A DNA stretch of 9,497 bases, taken from NCBI RefSeq assembly GCF_006345805.1, contig NW_021827884.1, positions 1-9,497 on the forward strand. The letters are read 5' to 3'. A model generated the notes under the pieces. That model was not told where the DNA came from. It saw only the letters and a program-made list of their open reading frames with translations, and searched no databases. A program made the translations under genes and the position numbers. Shown in pieces: positions 6,169 to 9,497 of this stretch. Positions within the stretch are counted from its first letter, which is position 1. The number at the start of each line of letters is the position of its first letter. The DNA comes from Octopus sinensis (lineage: Eukaryota).

Positions 6169-6524
6169 AAAGCCAGTCGACTCGATATGGAACTTCAAAA
6201 TGTTCTTTTTTTTTTGAATTCAGCTGTGTACTTGATATCATTGTGGTTTAAAAAAATGTAAAGGAGAAGTAAGACATCTATGGGTTATCGACAACAGCCC
6301 TTTAAATCCAGTGTCTGTAATATGCCTTCAGCTTTATATACCTAATTATTAATATGACAAGACATATGATAACCCATCCGGATTAATGTATGGGTGAATC
6401 TGGATTCTTAGCTCTATAATATGTAATCAAAGATGAGATGGTCAGGATGAGGTATTTGTTGATCATAATTCTTAGTTTAGGTTCTTTCAAGACTGACCTG
6501 GTTAATCATTGACAAACGAAATAC

Positions 6525-6732
6525 TGATTTCAAATTTTGGCACAACGCCAGCAATTTTGTGGGGGGTGGGGTGGAGTGGGGGCTATAAGTCAATTACATC
6601 AACCGCAGGGCTTAACTGGTGCGTATTTTATTGACTCCGAAAGGGTAGCAGGAAAATTCGACCTCGGCGGAACTTGAAAAACCGCTAGGCATTTTGCACG
6701 GCGAGTTAACGATTCTGCCAGTTCACCACCTT
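6525..6732 (-). mobile_element. SINE family A, diverged, alternative 3' tail, internal deletion
   Basis: Homologous to 150-325. The tail reads aattttggcacaacgccagcaattttg plus G-runs on the plus strand. Confidence 0.85.
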
Positions 6733-6738
6733 ATGATT

Positions 6739-6959
6739 ATAATCCTTTCTACAAAAGGCAAAGGGCCTGGTATTTTGGTGGAGGGGACTAGTTGATTACA
6801 TCGACCCCAGGGTTTCGCTGGTATTTAATTTATCGACCCCGAAATGGTGAAAGCCAAAATCGACCTCGGCGTAATTTGAACTAAGAATGTAAAGATGGAC
6901 GAAATGTCGCTAAGCATTTGTCCAGCATATTAACTATTCTGCCAGCACGCCGCCATCTT
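6739..6959 (-). mobile_element. SINE family A, third 3' tail variant
   Basis: gattacatcgaccccag...aatttatcgaccccgaaa...cgacctcggcgtaatttgaact...gacgaaatgtcgctaagcattt...ttctgccagcacgccgcc. The tail reads aatcctttctacaaaaggcaaagggcc on the plus strand. Confidence 0.9.
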
Positions 6960-7119
6960 GAATAATGAAATAATGAAGTCATTGATACATTATGTCAGCA
7001 TTAAAAAAAGTCGAAAAACAAAGCAGGTTGGATGGTCACAAATGGAATGCCGTTTAACATAGTTCTGCTTCGTTCATGGTCGGTGTAGAGCTAATCAACG
7101 ATAAATGTACACGCGCCCT

Positions 7120-7173
7120 CACACATACACGCATACACACACGTATACACACACATATACACACACATACATT

Positions 7174-7217
<44 letters not shown>

Positions 7218-7240
7218 TATGCACCTACATACATATACGC
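7120..7240. repeat. (CA)n/(CATA)n microsatellite
   Basis: Directly visible. Confidence 0.9.
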
Positions 7241-7327
7241 AGAAGACAATCTTTCGGATATTTACGGCCACCATGATGTAGCAAGGAAACTTCGAAGGTT
7301 TGCGTGTGAAACAGAACGCTGTAACCC

Positions 7328-7532
7328 GCTGTTATGTCACTGGATATCCGCCCGGTATATTTGTATTCAATGAACCCCCCTTCACCCACTCTTCCACCCC
7401 TCCGAAACTTATGGTAACACTAAACCCTCAACAATGTCGTTACCGTGTTGTCTACGACAAATTCCGTGTGCATAGACCACCGCAACATGCTGTTATGACA
7501 TTTGATATTTGCCCGGCATATTTGTAATCAAT
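7328..7532. repeat. diverged direct repeat pair, 161-nt offset (7328-7371 and 7489-7532)
   Basis: GCTGTTATGTCACTGGATATCCGCCCGGTATATTTGTATTCAAT vs GCTGTTATGACATTTGATATTTGCCCGGCATATTTGTAATCAAT: 37/44 identical and ungapped. Weaker similarity extends ~40 nt upstream. Confidence 0.85.
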
Positions 7533-7584
7533 AGCAGCTTAGCTTTTGAAACTTAGAATATATTAAGATGTAACAGGAACACGC

Positions 7585-8753
7585 AAGAGAATGTGTGTAT
7601 GTATGTATGTATGTATGTATGTATGTATGTATGTATGTATGGTATGTATGTTGTCTGAATGTATGTATTATGATTCTGTATGTTTTATGTCTATGTATGT
7701 ATATATTTATGCATATGTAGTTGTATGTATGTATGTATGTATTTATGTATGTATGTATGTATGTATGTATGTATGAATGAATGTATGTATGTATGTATTT
7801 GTCTATGTATGAATGTATGTATGTATGTATGTATGTATGTATGTCTGTATGTCTGTATGTATGTATGTATGTATGAATGAATGTATGTATGTATGTATGT
7901 ATATATTTATGTATGCATGTAAGTATGTATGTATCTATGTATGTATGTATGTATTTATGTATGTATGTACGTATGTATTTATGTATGTATGTATGTATGT
8001 ATGTATATATGTATGTATATATGTATGTATGTACGTACGTACGTACGTACGTACGTACGTACGTATATATGTATTTATTTATGTATGTATGTATGTACGT
8101 ACGTATGCATGTATGTATGTACGTATCTATGTATAAATGGCTGGATGAAGGCATGAAAATATGTACAAGTATGTGTTCATACTTATGTGTGTGTGTGTGT
8201 ATATATACATACATACACGTATGCATACATGAATGTGTGTTTGTGAAGAGACACATACATGCAAACTTACATACGCACATACATAGATATATGCATTGTC
8301 ATACGCGAACAGATGTTTACATGTGTGTATGATGTAGATAAGCATTTATGTATGTATGTATGTATGTATGTACGTATGTATGTATGTATGTATGTATATA
8401 TGTATGTATGTATGTATGTATCTATGTATGTATATATATATGTATGTATCTATGTATGTATATATGTATGTATGTATTATCTATCTATCTGTCTGTCTGT
8501 CTATCTATCTTTCTATCTATCTATCTATCTATATATATATATATATCTATCTATATATATATATATGTACCGACCTACCCATCTACTTATCTATGTATCT
8601 ATCTACCTACATGCCCTCCTACCTACCTACCGACCTACCTACCTACATACCTACCTAATTACCTACCTACATACATACATACATACATATATACATACAT
8701 ACATACATACATATATACATACATACATAATACATTCATACATGCGTACTTAC

Positions 8754-8818
<65 letters not shown>

Positions 8819-8880
8819 ATCTCTCTCTTTAACGTATATACATATATACATATATATATGAACATACAAAGACATTCATA
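7585..8880. repeat. ~1.3-kb compound tetranucleotide microsatellite (TATG, GTAC, TATC, TACC, TACA)
   Basis: Directly visible. It explains all M/Y/V/C- and H/T/Y/I-rich ORFs here. Confidence 0.97.
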
Positions 8881-9218
8881 AACGTCAAATAATTTTCGTT
8901 TCTTGTTCTCACTCACGTGATCCTCTATCGCTCGCTCTCTCCTCACACTCTTCTTCGCTATTTTCATTCATACTCTCATACACATATCAAGACCATTGTA
9001 CACACTCACAAATATTCACTTGATCATACTCACGTACACATACTCACTAAAATGATATACATGCAGCAACAAGTACATATATATAAGCACATATATATAC
9101 ACATACAACCACAAACAACAAAGAGACACTCATAAAGTTGCTCTCTTCTTGTTCACTTAATCTGTCTTTTCTTTACTATTCTCTTTTTTTCTCCCTCTTT
9201 CCCCTCTCTCTTTGTATG

Positions 9219-9242
9219 TATATATATATATATATATATATA
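9219..9242. repeat. (TA)n microsatellite
   Basis: Directly visible. Confidence 0.95.
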
Positions 9243-9497
9243 AGTCTTGGGTATGTTCCCAGTAGTACGCCGCTAAAGTACGTTTACTACTTGTGGTTAA
9301 TTGACGTCATCCATGGTAATTACATAACGGCTGAACAACGGCTTAAATCTAACAACATGTTGTATTGATCCCGAACGAAACAGAGTTCATTTAACGAGAC
9401 ACCCATTATTACATCACCTGACGAGACGCTTCTGCCCCGTGGGATGCGCCACATCTAGTTTTATAGTTTACTAACCGCAGGGATCTATGCAGGTTGT

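Noticed and set aside
6561-6582. G-run cluster as a G-quadruplex
   Set aside because: One of the four runs is only GG, and it is an expanded part of a SINE tail.
7300-7527. 75-aa plus ORF starting at TTG
   Set aside because: No recognisable domain, a non-ATG start in a eukaryotic context, and no splice evidence.
7528-8881. Long ORFs up to 250 aa
   Set aside because: Pure (TATG)n/(CATA)n/(TATC)n translations.
9418-9425. CTGACGAG, a hammerhead-core-like motif
   Set aside because: No downstream helix II plus GAAA.
9439-9459. GTGG/CCAC hairpin plus CTAG|T
   Set aside because: Only a 4-bp stem, within chance expectation; no 5' end visible.
1-9497. CRISPR array, rRNA, or prokaryotic operon/defence system
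   Set aside because: No short repeats with unique spacers, no rRNA similarity and no gene-dense coding; the sequence is eukaryotic repeat DNA.

Overview
AT-rich, repeat-saturated eukaryotic non-coding DNA (intergenic or intronic). It is most likely from an octopus, judged from recalled SINE sequences and the microsatellite load, not from a database search. There is no intact protein-coding gene, and most ORFs in the supplied track are microsatellite or antisense artefacts. The window holds about 11 tRNA-derived SINE copies or fragments from 2-3 families, a ~1 kb non-autonomous Helitron-like element carrying a decayed LINE ORF1 N-terminus, a decayed CRE-type restriction-like endonuclease fragment, a 503-bp TA-flanked Tc1/mariner (Tc2/pogo-type) MITE, and large compound microsatellites. 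The highlight is a 302-bp-period direct repeat (3698-4223). Each unit carries a minimal type I hammerhead ribozyme with a palindromic helix III, the architecture of Penelope pLTR or non-LTR retrozyme elements. Copy 2 has a canonical core and copy 1 has core mutations.
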